From positions 6,324,001 through 6,388,000 of the forward strand of contig JBHGNT010000014.1 in assembly GCA_043228905.1 (NCBI GenBank): DNA of 64,000 nucleotides. The letters are read 5' to 3'. Positions 38,533 through 49,435 of this stretch are shown here, one piece after another. Position 1 is the stretch's first letter. Each line of letters begins with the position of its first letter. Source of the stretch: Azolla caroliniana. Taxonomy: Eukaryota; Plantae; Polypodiophyta. The notes beneath the pieces were generated by a model. That model did not search any database. It saw only the letters and a list, made by a program, of their open reading frames with translations, and was not told the origin of the DNA. Position numbers and translations under genes: made by a program.

Positions 38533-38962
38533 TGTCAGGAACAGTACGAAGACAGAGAAGGAATTAGTACTAAAAGAAGTATTAGTACTAAGAGAGGTGA
38601 AGAACTCTCAAGAGAAGGAAAGAGTGAGTGAGAGGTAGGGAGAGAGAGATCGAGAGAGAGAGAGAGTGATGATAAGAAGAGATATATATTATATGAAGAA
38701 AATGTACAGTAGCTAGGAGGCTTAAGACTGGTGTTGAACCGATTTGGTTCGAAATAATGCCTTGTGCCTCCTTTTATAGTGTTCTACGGAATATTCCTGA
38801 AGTTTCTAGAATGTTCCAGAGAAATCTGGAATATACATCAATTTTCTATAATAAAACATAAATGAAAATAATATTTTACGTATTACAATGTATAGTCTAA
38901 TGGTCAAGAGCTCGACCCATGTAGCATAAGGTCATGGGTTCGAGTTTTTCCATATCAAGACA
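38533..38962 (-). repeat. 3' LTR of the chromovirus
   Basis: TGTCAGG...AAGACA; direct repeat of 50452-50882. Confidence 0.95.
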
Positions 38963-41900
38963 CTATCCCCCCTTTAAAACGACGAGTGTAACGAGTCGTT
39001 TTGGATTGAGGACCCGGTTTGTCTGGATATTGACAATGGAAGTCTTCAAGAAGAGCACGAGCATTGGTGACATTCTCTATCGGTTCCCAAGTATGCTCGT
39101 TGGGACTATATCCTAGCCAATCGACTAGATAGTAGAGCTTGTTGCGAACAAGCTTGGAATCAAGGCAGCTGTGTAATACGTCCTGGGATGGTGCTCTCCT
39201 TATAGAGTTCAAGGAGAGAACTATGAAACACCGGATGTATCCGAAGTTGTGGAGGTAGATCAAGACAAAAAGCGACATCATTAATATTTCCTATAATACA
39301 GAAGGGACCTAATCGCCGATAATCCAACTTTTCGCATGGGCGAGTAGTCTTGATGTGTCGTCGGAGTAGCCATACCCGATCTCCAATGTTAAAACTAGAT
39401 GGGAATCGATGACGATCCGCATAAACCTTGTGTGTTTCTTGAGCTTGTTGGAGATGAGTAGATAAATCCGCTTGTATCTTGCGTAACCTCTCCAAACGAT
39501 CCTCTGCGCAAGGATTTGTGGACACCTCTAGGGGTTTCAAGTACACACCACCGGGGGTGACATCCCGTATAAGCATAAAATGGCGTAACTTTAGTGGATG
39601 CGTGGATAGAGTTGTTATAGGCAAATTCGGCGAAGTGGAGAATATCTGCCCAGTTATCCTGATGGTAGCTGAGAAAGCACCGCAGATACTGCTCCAGCGT
39701 TTGATTGGTTCGTTCGGCTTGGCCGTCAGTTTGTGGGTGGTAGCCGGAGGAGAGGTTACAAGTGACCTTGAGCATGTTAAAAAGGTGCTTCCAGAATTTT
39801 GACACAAACTGGGGTCCACAGTCGCTGATGATACTATCAGGAAGTCCATGATGCCGACATACTTCACGCATGACAATTTCAGCAGTGTCTTCACTAGAGA
39901 TCTCCTTAGTACATGGCAAGAAATGAGCCATCTTCGTATATCGATCGACCACCGTTAGAATCGCATTGAACCCCTTAGAGACTGGAAGATCTATGATGAA
40001 GTCTAGAGCAATGGATTGCCACGGCTTGCTTGGCATTGGTAATGGTTCTAATAAACCATATGGATGATGCCTTGGCATTTTCGCTCTGCAGCATGTATCA
40101 CAAGTCCGAACAAAATCTTCGACAAATTGTCGCATACAGGGCCACCAGAATGATCGTTGTACTAAATGTAGCGTTTTAGTACTACCAAAATGCCCAGCTG
40201 TATATGTGTCATGACAGTTTTGTACTACTTGAAGGCGGCAAGAACCATTAGGAACATACAAAAGTTCTTTAAAGAAGAGTAATCCATCATGGTATTTGAA
40301 TTGCCGATAGTCCGTACCTGGTGGTTGCGACTGTGAACACGACGCTCGAGAGGGATCAATTTGTGCTAGTATAGCTTGGGCGAACGCATCTGTCTTCAAG
40401 TCTTCGCGTATGGTATCGATAACGCGGGAATCCATGGGCATGTCAAAGATCTGTGTTGCTTGTAGTCGTGCTGGTCCCAAGATGACTTGTTTTTGGTTAT
40501 CGAAAGCTGGCTCGCCGGGACGGGGTGCTAGATACGAACGCCGTGATAATGCATCTGCCTTCCCTTGGTGCTTCCCCGGACGATATGTAATTTTGAAGTC
40601 GAAACGTGTGAGGAAGTGGGCCCACCGAGCTTGACATCGATTCAACACACGAACATCCTGAAAGTAGGCAAGGTTCTTGTGGTCACTAAATACGGTGACC
40701 GGATGAGAGGATCCCTCCAGAAAATGCCTCCATTGCATAAAAGAATCCACTATTGCCAATAGCTCCTTATCATGAATTTCGTAGTTGATTTCGGCGGCGT
40801 CAAACTTGCGTGAGTGAAAAGCCACAGGATGTAGCTTCTCATCATTCCCATGTTGTGACAGAATGCTCCCCAATGCAAAATCCGATGCATCAGCTTCGAT
40901 AATGAATGGTTTTTCCGGATCGACATGAGCTAGAATTGGAACCGATGTAAATGCCTTTTTAAGACTCTCGAAAGTCATGTCCGTTTCTTCAGACCAGATG
41001 AACGGTTGTCCCTTCCTAGTAAGTTGTGTGAGAGGTAGAACGATCTTTGAGTAATCTTGTATGAACTTTCGGTAAAAATTGGCAAAGCCTAGGAAGCATT
41101 GCACATCCCGCACCGAACGCGGAGTCTGCCATTCTACCACCGTTTTGACCTTAGCTGGGTCCATGGAGATTCCTTCTGACGCGAAGCGATCCATCCTTTT
41201 TCTTGACGAAGAAAATGGGTGCGTCGGCTGGAGATTTCGAATGCCGAATGAAACCATTTTCGAAATTCTCCTCTATGTAGGCCCGAAGGACTTCCAGCTC
41301 GATTGGTGACAAATTGTAGATCGGTCCCCATGGCGGCTCTTTTCCTGGTTGTAAATCAATGGGGCAATCGTACGGTCGATGATGAGGAAGTGTATTGGCT
41401 TGTACTTTATCGAAAACATCGGCGTAATGACGATACTTCTCGGGAACTTGAACGGTGGATTCTTCTTTAGTGGTGCTGGAGGGGTTTACTGATATTGCAA
41501 AGAGGAACATTTCCTCCTTGCGCCCTTCTTTACGCAACTGATGTAGCGAAATGGTTGCCATCTTCTGAGTTGACCCTTGGGTTTGTCGACACCGGATTTC
41601 TCTTGTTCTCCAATCTATGTCTGGGTTATGTAACTCAAACCATGGCAATCCTAAAACTATGGGATGTTCTGGGATACTAATAATATTAAACGATACTACA
41701 CATGCTAAGTTATCTAGGACAATATTAATGGGCTCTGACTCTTCTATGATATTTCCGGAAGCAATGGGACGTCCATCAATGACTACTACAGAGGCTGGAC
41801 ACTGGAGTTTTCTTAGGGATATCTTATAAGCTTGAGCAAATTTCTTATCCATAAAGCAAGAGTTAGCTCCGGAATCTAGGAGTGCTAGGACATGTACTGG

Positions 41901-42005
41901 AGGGGTACTTTTAGTACTAACTATTACTTGGGCTACGAACACATCACTAACTTGCTTAGAGGGAATGGAACCACTAATGGGCTGCATAGATCTAGGGCTG
42001 TCCAA
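38955..42005 (-). pseudogene. Chromovirus pol (PR, truncated RT, RH, IN, chromodomain)
   Basis: ORFs 41151-42005, 39395-41257, 39160-39894 and 38955-39281. The reading jumps from FFVKKKDGSLR directly to SEGISMDPAKV at ~41180, so the YxDD core is absent. Confidence 0.9.
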
Positions 42006-42044
42006 CCAAACGACTCCTATTTTGGCTGGACTTAGTCGTTTAAC
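42000..42044 (-). promoter_or_regulatory. Candidate -1 ribosomal frameshift signal (gag-pol)
   Basis: Slippery G_TTA_AAC (42044-42038), a 6-nt spacer, then an 11-bp stem GTCCAGCCAAA/TTTGGTTGGAC. The -1 frame runs into the pol ORF (..VWLDSPR). Confidence 0.75.
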
Positions 42045-42245
42045 TCTTCTTCTAACTGACTAAGGACATCAAATCTGTTCGCTAGATCTGGGCTATTAGT
42101 ACTATTAGGAATATCAGATATCCCTACTGAAATAGGCTCGGGTTTAGTACAATTAGAACTAGCGACTATTTGGTTTACCTGTCTTCTTGGCCTATGGGGG
42201 CAATTTATTGCAATATGTCCTGGTCCACCGCAGTAAAGACATAGT

Positions 42246-42282
42246 AACACCGGGTCATTTGAAACAGGTAATATGTCGTATT
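42246..42282 (+). repeat. Left terminal inverted repeat
   Basis: AACACCGGGTCATTTGAAACAGGTAATATGTCGTATT. Confidence 0.95.
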
Positions 42283-42947
42283 CTCTTTTGGCATAGTTGG
42301 CCAGATGTAGAAAAGTACCCTATTTTAGCCTGATATCGAAAATATACGATGCATGCGTACCCCTTTTGCGACTTGATGGTTAAATATAGAACAAAAAAAA
42401 CCTAGCAATTACTAAATTGTATATGTGTCCACATTCGTGTCAATTTGCATATCATGGAGCACAATTGAAGACTTGGTTCAATATAAAGTTCTAAAATTGG
42501 TATCCATATTCAAATTGTAGAGTAAAACTACATAAACCGTAATTATAAATATGTGGTTTTGGGTTTAGGAATAAAGTAGTACCCCACTTGTTGGACGGGT
42601 ATATCGATAGTTTCATTGTATAATGTCATATAGTTCATGACAATGTAATTGGTAAGAGTAACAATTACATACGACATTCATTTATACTATGTGGAACCAG
42701 TAGACTTGAACCGTAGGTAACTAAAAACCTCTTATTATCAAAAACGTTCGCCTTTTCATATACAGTCATGCTAACGGAAATGAGAAATTACAATATCATG
42801 TTAATATCTCAAACTGTCAAATATAATATGAAGTGATGGTGAACATTATGCCTCAAAATCCTCAATTTTTACATTACGCCATCTACATCAATCTATAAGC
42901 AAATCAGGCAGAGCAGGCTCCTCTGGCGCTGATTGTTCTAGACTGTT

Positions 42948-45900
42948 TTAATTCGTGTCATCTCCAAACTCTCCCGAATCTGATGTATGGTCAAACTGTG
43001 CTACATCTTCCAGGTCCACCAGCTCCCCTGCTTCTTCATCAATTGGTTCCATTAGTTCTCGTGAAGTCATCTGGAACATCTCTGTCTCGTTGATGTGTTT
43101 TGCTCCGACTTCTTGATCCTGATCTGGACAGTCCCAGATTCCTGTGATCCTCATTTTGATGAAGTTAACTTGAGCAGGGTCCTTCTCCAATGCAACACAG
43201 TTTCTAAACATCTTCAATGCACAAGTTGTCGTTGTACCTAATGGTCGCATGAACACAAACAAGTATATATAAGAAGTAACGTCTTAAACTTGATTGACAG
43301 GATTGAAATTAAATATATATATTATACCTGTGCCAGAGAACAAGTCTAGGACCCAATCATATGGATTCGAGAAGAGCTCTATGAGGCGGTTGATCAATCT
43401 TTGAGGTTTTTGATAAGGGTTCACCATACTTTTATCCCCTGACACATGTCTTAATTTTTTGGTTACAGCTGGGCACATGATGTAGTTAACCACGTTACGC
43501 TCATTGACATGTGCTCTAGCCTTCTTCTTTGTAATTGAATCATAGTAGCCCACACAAAAATGTTCGACCGCACTAACCATTTGATCGCCAGGGCTACGTG
43601 TAATATTTGTTTTGATCCTATAGAGAAAGAAAATCAAGTATTAGAGGTGTAATAAGAAGCGAACTATAACACACCAATGCATGTGTTCAGTGGCATGACA
43701 ATGGGACTTCAAAGCTGTTGTGACTGACAATGATTGCCCCATACTATGAAATATGACTATCCTCCACAAGGGGGCCAATGTCAGTTCTGCGAAATCCTTT
43801 ACCATTTTCTCGATCTGAGGGTACTTGAAAGGCACATCATCATATGTTGATCCCGCAATACGGAAACCATATGGTATGTCAACTATCAGCAAAGTGTAGT
43901 GCCTTCTCGGTAACAGTTCGAGCATTTGGGATACTTCGCCATTGAAAACACTATAATGAAGCTGTTTGAAAGGATCGGACCTATGCAAAAAACTCTTTAC
44001 AGTCTCCGAATCCTCGGGCAGTTCCATTTCCTTCCCTTTGGTCATTCTCTTCTCATATTTCGCACGTTCTAAGTGCGTGATGAAGGCCGCTGGAATACCG
44101 TCATTATTGTCGTTGTTCTTTTTCGATTTTGATGGTTTCTGCAAGTGTCATTGTTGTTAGCAGGGAACATTACTTTCTAACATATCAACATTCAAAAGAC
44201 ACATACCCATTCTCTAAATACAATAAAATATTCCTCCAATGCCTTGTAAGAAGAAGTTATCAGGCAGGCTTGTTCAACTTCTTCCCATGTCGGTAAACTC
44301 AGTTTTTGCATCATCAACTCCTGAATCTTCATGTATACCTTGTGACTGCACAATCAATATGAAATTAGAAATAAGATATTCAAAATAATTGAAGACTTTC
44401 ATGAAAAGGTATACTATAAACACTTACTTTTGCAAGTCTGTTACCATCTCGTCCAAACTAAATTCCTTGGCGACCACTCGAGATAGCACGGATATTAACA
44501 ATCTATCATCTTTGATACCTTGTAATGATCTCCAAGGTAAGAGTTTCATGTCCTCTGCTAACTCCTCGATTACCAAGTCGCTTTTTCCCTTGGTCTTTGA
44601 TTTCATCTCAACTTGTGGATCAATTCTTCCCTTTTTTTATCTTTGCCCCTTGACTTCTTTCTGCTCCCACATAGAGAATATTTTGTCTTGGAGATCCCAC
44701 ACCTCTCCGGTCCGAAAAGCTAGTTGAAACCAAGAATCATATTTTCGGAGACCTTCGGATTTGGTACTCTCATCCACTGCAATCCCTACTTCCAATAAAC
44801 AATGATGTCGCAATCCAGGCCACAATCTTGGACCAAAATGATTCAAGGCATCGAGGTATTCATGATGAAAAAATCTTATCCTCTCTATACATGACATCTT
44901 TTTCCTATAATCGTTGTCATTGTTATGGTCCCATGCGAGCAGCTTCACCTCCTCGTGAGTTAGTCCTACATATACCTTACATTCGGCATATTTGAAGAAC
45001 GGCGTGAGAGGATATTCTTTGACAAGCTGTCGTCAAGCTTCGGCCGAATGTGATCCTCCGATTACATAGTATGTGTAATCGTCTGCAGAGCTATACTTGA
45101 AATCTGCTACTGTTGGGCATTGTTCTTGATCAACCATTACCAAAAATGGCACCACAGTAGCGTGAGGATTGATTTTCATTTTGCTTTTCAGGTTTTGCAC
45201 ATGGACGGAGTGCGGCTCCCTAATTTCCAAGGGACGTCTTCCAATCACGGGGTCAATGGGGGGCCTTTGGATAGAAGTAATGGGCAAATGAAATAGCTGG
45301 CCCCTGCGCACAAGTTTAGTCTTCACAATATTTTCTCTTATTTTATTTTGTTCTGACGTCAGGACACCAGAAGATAGTTGTCCGCCTAGAGCCACAACGT
45401 CGACTTGTTGGTCGTCTTCTTCTTCCACGAACTCCAATATTTCTTCTTCTTCTTCTTCAGGTCGTGGTCGTTTAGTATATTTCTTTTGAACAGGATTTGT
45501 CTTCCTAGACTTTTTCGGTGGAGTTTCTGCTTCACCGGTCATCATCTCTCCTATCACGTACGGCCGAAGAGCTACCAACAAGTTATTTTTCGTTTGCAGG
45601 TCTTTACGCAAAGCCTTGGGATTGCAAGATTCGGGTACTAGGTTTCCCTCATCAAGTCGTAATCGCCTGTTGCCAACTGAGCTCGAGACGTCGATTAAAA
45701 TACTTGTAGAGTCAATGTCTTTGTACTCTAGCTTGGTTACATGCCCGTAATTAAATGTTTTTCCAAGCTGAAGTTTCCCTTCCCCGTCTGATTTTGCCGT
45801 TATCAATAACAGCACCCCATCCTCCTCGACATAAGAGAGACACCATTCAAGTTCGGGGTAATCCTTATATTTCACCTCAACCGTTTTCTCCTCTTGCGTA

Positions 45901-46004
45901 CTACCTTTGTTGATTTTGGTAGTAGCCACTGCATCGGATTTGCGTTGAAAGGCAGGACCTTCAACCAAAATCCGATGCAGTGCATCGGATTTTGGTTGAA
46001 GGTC
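42948..46004 (-). pseudogene. Spliced ParB/Srx-like domain + beta-class N6-adenine/N4-cytosine DNA methyltransferase fusion (2 premature stops)
   Basis: Exons 46004(start uncertain)-44428, 44345-44207, 44138-43675, 43617-43328 and 43237-42948 join in frame (920 codons) through GT-AG introns of 82, 68, 57 and 90 nt. Motifs: YYVIGGSHSAEA (ParB-like), LLIVDIPYG (motif IV), WIKTN..VEHF, NPYQKPQRLINRLIELFSNPYDWVLDLFSGTGTT..RNCVALEKD (motifs X-I-II). Stops at 45033-45035 and 44637-44639. Confidence 0.85.
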
Positions 46005-46006
46005 CT
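45954..46006. repeat. Perfect 26-bp-arm palindrome with 1-nt spacer
   Basis: AGGACCTTCAACCAAAATCCGATGCA-G-TGCATCGGATTTTGGTTGAAGGTCCT. Confidence 0.95.
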
Positions 46007-46449
46007 AGCTTTCAGAATTGCTTTCCAAGTTCGTTGTACAAAATAAAATAAAATTTCTATGTGTTGAGGAAAGGAATCTTTAAGGAATCTTTAGGAATCT
46101 TAAAAAATGTAATGAATATTACTAACCTGACGATTTTCTTTCCCTTGTTCATGGTTCGTGCCGGAGGTAGTGCTGTCCACGATGTGCTTCTGAGTGCTCG
46201 AAAATTGGCCTGTGCTCTGAGCTCGATGGATTCTTTCACGTGATAATGAAAATGAAATTTCTAACCTCCTTATATAGAAGACTTTAGCATTCTTTTTAAA
46301 ATAAAAAATAATTTTTAATTATTTGTTTTTTAGGAAAATTTTGGAAAATAATATAGTTAATCTAAGTGTTCGGGTAGTTATATAGTTAGGCTTCAGCATT
46401 CCTTAATTTTCTCAAAAGAAGGTTTTAGAATACAGTTAGACTCCCTCAA

Positions 46450-49122
46450 ATGTCTTCTTCTACAAGTAGAACATCTCTTTTTTCTATTGCCCCCTTTTCA
46501 TTGTCAGACAACTCGTATTTCTCAATAGAAGAGTACGACCACAAAAAACATTCGCGGCTTAAACAGAAAAGTGTGGCTCCTAGTACTTCGAATTCTCTGT
46601 TTTCAATTGATCCTGTTGATGGCCCTCTTCATGCAAGCTTACAAGCGGACGATTCTTCGTCGATAGATAACAATAGCATTACTAAACCTCTAGCATTTAA
46701 AAGAGTTCCTCGACAAGTTAGTGAAAAGAGATTTAATTTCTTATGTTCTGATCGTCAACTTCTATGCGACTTGAACAAATCGTGTTGTGTGAATCTTTGT
46801 CTATAAACTTATGGAAAGTCAAGGTTACGTAAAACACAACAAAAATACTTGTCGCTTAATGGGGAAGAGCAAGATACATTTCTTCTTTCACATATGCAAC
46901 TTAAATTGGATCACAAAGTAGGGCCTAATTCAACGCAAGTTGAATATTTCCTTGGACTATATACCAAGTGTTGTCGAGCAGCTTTCAAAATCACTCATAG
47001 CATTGGAAATATGCGGCTGCAACGAGTTCAAGAGCGACTTGTGAAGGGCTCCTGGGTACAGTTCGATCAAAATGGTTCTGGATGTAAGGGTCAAATTGGG
47101 CAACAGGCAATTAGGTGGATGGAGGTATATTTTTCAAAACAGTGTGAAGTTATGCCAACGACAGGAAGACTTCATTTGTCAGATAACTTTACTCGAAGGG
47201 AAGTTTACCAATCGTACAAGGACGACATGTCTTCCGATGTTGAGCCTTACATACAGTACAGGCATTTTAATCGACTATGGAGGTTACAATTTAATAACGT
47301 GGTTATCCCACGAAAGGTGCGAATGGGAGTCTGCTCAATATGTGCGAGTTTAAAAAGTATGGCCAAGGGTGGAAAATCAGATGTAGAGATCAAGAATTAC
47401 AAGAACCTGTTAAAAGAACATCGTGAAAGTCAGGCATTGGAACGTACTAAGGCTATGCATCACCGACAAAAAGCGTTTCAATCTCCCGAAAAGTATATGT
47501 GCATGATTATTGACGGCATGGATCAAAAGAAAACTTGTTTGCCGCATTTTCAAAGACTCCCCAAGGATATTGGAGATGAGTGTCTCGTGCAAATGCATCT
47601 AGTGGGTTGTTTGACATACTGTCAAACTATAAGACCGCAAGTGTTCTTAACTTATCCCAATATCCACAACGACCCTAATCTTACTGTCACTGTCATGCAC
47701 AGGGTATTGCAATCATGGTCAGGTATACTCCCGCCAGTTCTATATGTGCAACTAGACAACACAGCAAGAGAGAATAAGAACTCAACTGTCTTCGGCTATC
47801 TAAGCATGCTAGTAGAGAGGGGCCTATTTAAAAAGATAAAGGTTAACTTCTTGTTGGTTGGTCATACCCATGATCACATAGATCAAATGTTCAGTAGGTT
47901 CTCAAAGAAACTTGCTCATTGTAATGCTTTCACACTTCCCACGCTATCCAAATTGATTAGTGAAGCATATACACCAAAGCCTGAAGTACAACACTTGGAA
48001 GAAGTATACGACTTTAAACGTTTCTGCATGGATAGTGACGGGACTAAAGGTAGGGTGCTTGCACCTCTTAATAATATAAGTTTCAACCATGTCTTCCTCA
48101 TAAAACAAAGATCGGCCCACCTGAAGATGACGGTGTTGTTTGCGAAACAATACTCATCTAGTGCACAATGGGAGCCCCAAGAAGGTTGTAGGCTCCTTCT
48201 TCATATCCCAGATGAACCTCTACATGGTGCACAACAAATGCCATATGATGATCGTAAAAATGTAGCACCAAATAGTACTATTGATGAACAAAGGGCATAT
48301 TGGTTGAGATGTCTAGCAGAGAAACAAAATAATATTGATCGGACTAAGAAGTATGCCGGTGATGAGGATGTTGAATGGTGGGAGATTTTCTTCACCCATC
48401 AACGCACCATTTTAGATAATTACATCGCCGGTTTATGGCCAATCCGTATCCCATTCACATGGAACATTGGGATGACATCAACGATATCGCAGACTCATCA
48501 CCAACAATCGAATAATATGGAGCTTCATGATTTAGTTCGGCCACTGCAAAGAGATATTTATGTGGGACCAAGAAAGTCACGTACTGTTGAGGCAAGATGG
48601 CAAGGTAATTTGCAAGAACTACAAGTGGGAATGTTGGTTGCAACATTAGCAGGGGACGATACCTTGGGCCATCCATTTTGGATTGCAAAAATTATTGAAT
48701 TAGTAAGGGATGAAGAAAGTAGTCAGACAAAGTCAATAGTAGTCCATTGGTATCAGACAAATTCAACTAATGCATTTACAGGAAAGTATTCTTTAGAGAT
48801 GGTTAAGGATGTCGGATGTTCAAGCAGAAAGAGAAGAAGAAAGAATATACCGAGCACAGCTACTCTCGCACTAGACCGTGTTGACATACTAGTATATGAC
48901 TTCTCATTTACAAAATCAGGTCATCTAAGACAAGCAACTATCAAGATAATAAAGGAGAAAATCCCAAACATGGTGTCAAACGAAATACAGAGAATAACCA
49001 GAAGCAATTCTCATAACCACAAAGATGTTGGGTTGGAATTGGATGAGGATAATACTTTGATTGCCACTGATGATGAGGATGAGACGTCAGAATGCTCTTC
49101 TAGTCCATCAGACATGTCTTAA
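46450..49122 (+). pseudogene. Sola-like (DUF7869-type) DDD transposase, 890 codons with one internal stop
   Basis: ORFs 46450-46806 and 46849-49122 are in the same frame, separated by TAA at 46804-46806. Cys clusters CCVNLC, KCCRAAF and CSIC; catalytic-type motifs IIDGMDQ, YVQLDNTARENKN and FLLVGHTHDHIDQMFS. The ORF lies between the TIRs. Superfamily assigned from motif recall plus the 4-bp TSD. Confidence 0.8.
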
Positions 49123-49398
49123 TATATTGGTTTGGTTCAAGCTGGGGATTGTTTTACTACATGATCGGAAACTTTGTAAATTTGTTTTGGATGTAAACTC
49201 ACAAATATGTATAATTGTAACTGGTAGACATGTTGTACATTATTATGTATTTTTGGAGGCATTTTACTTATGACTCAAAGTGGTAGTCATGTTGAAATTC
49301 AATATATTTTGCCACCTTTTCTGAAAAGCTTTACGCATGCGTCGTATCTTTTTGAAAACTGCGTGCTTTTGTGCCCTTTTTCGACGTTGTGTTCTCAT

Positions 49399-49435
49399 AA
49401 TGCGACATATTACCTATTTCAAATGACCCGGTGTT
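49399..49435 (-). repeat. Right terminal inverted repeat
   Basis: Reverse complement reads AACACCGGGTCATTTGAAATAGGTAATATGTCGCATT. Confidence 0.95.

Larger units (their letters stand above)
42246..49435. mobile_element. 7190-bp TIR DNA transposon (Sola-like DDD transposase) carrying a ParB-DNA methyltransferase cargo gene
   Basis: 37-bp TIRs with 2 mismatches and a 4-bp TSD TAGT (42242-42245, 49436-49439). Excision restores gag RRTNRLCLYCGG. Two divergent genes inside. Confidence 0.93.

Noticed and set aside
42948-46004. Bacterial or phage contamination as the source of the MTase
   Set aside because: The gene has spliceosomal introns and sits inside a TSD-flanked insertion in a plant retrotransposon.
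42246-49435. CACTA/EnSpm classification, suggested by CACC near the termini
   Set aside because: The inverted repeat extends to AACACC, and restoring the gag frame requires a 4-bp TSD rather than 2-3 bp. No Transposase_21-type motifs were recognised.
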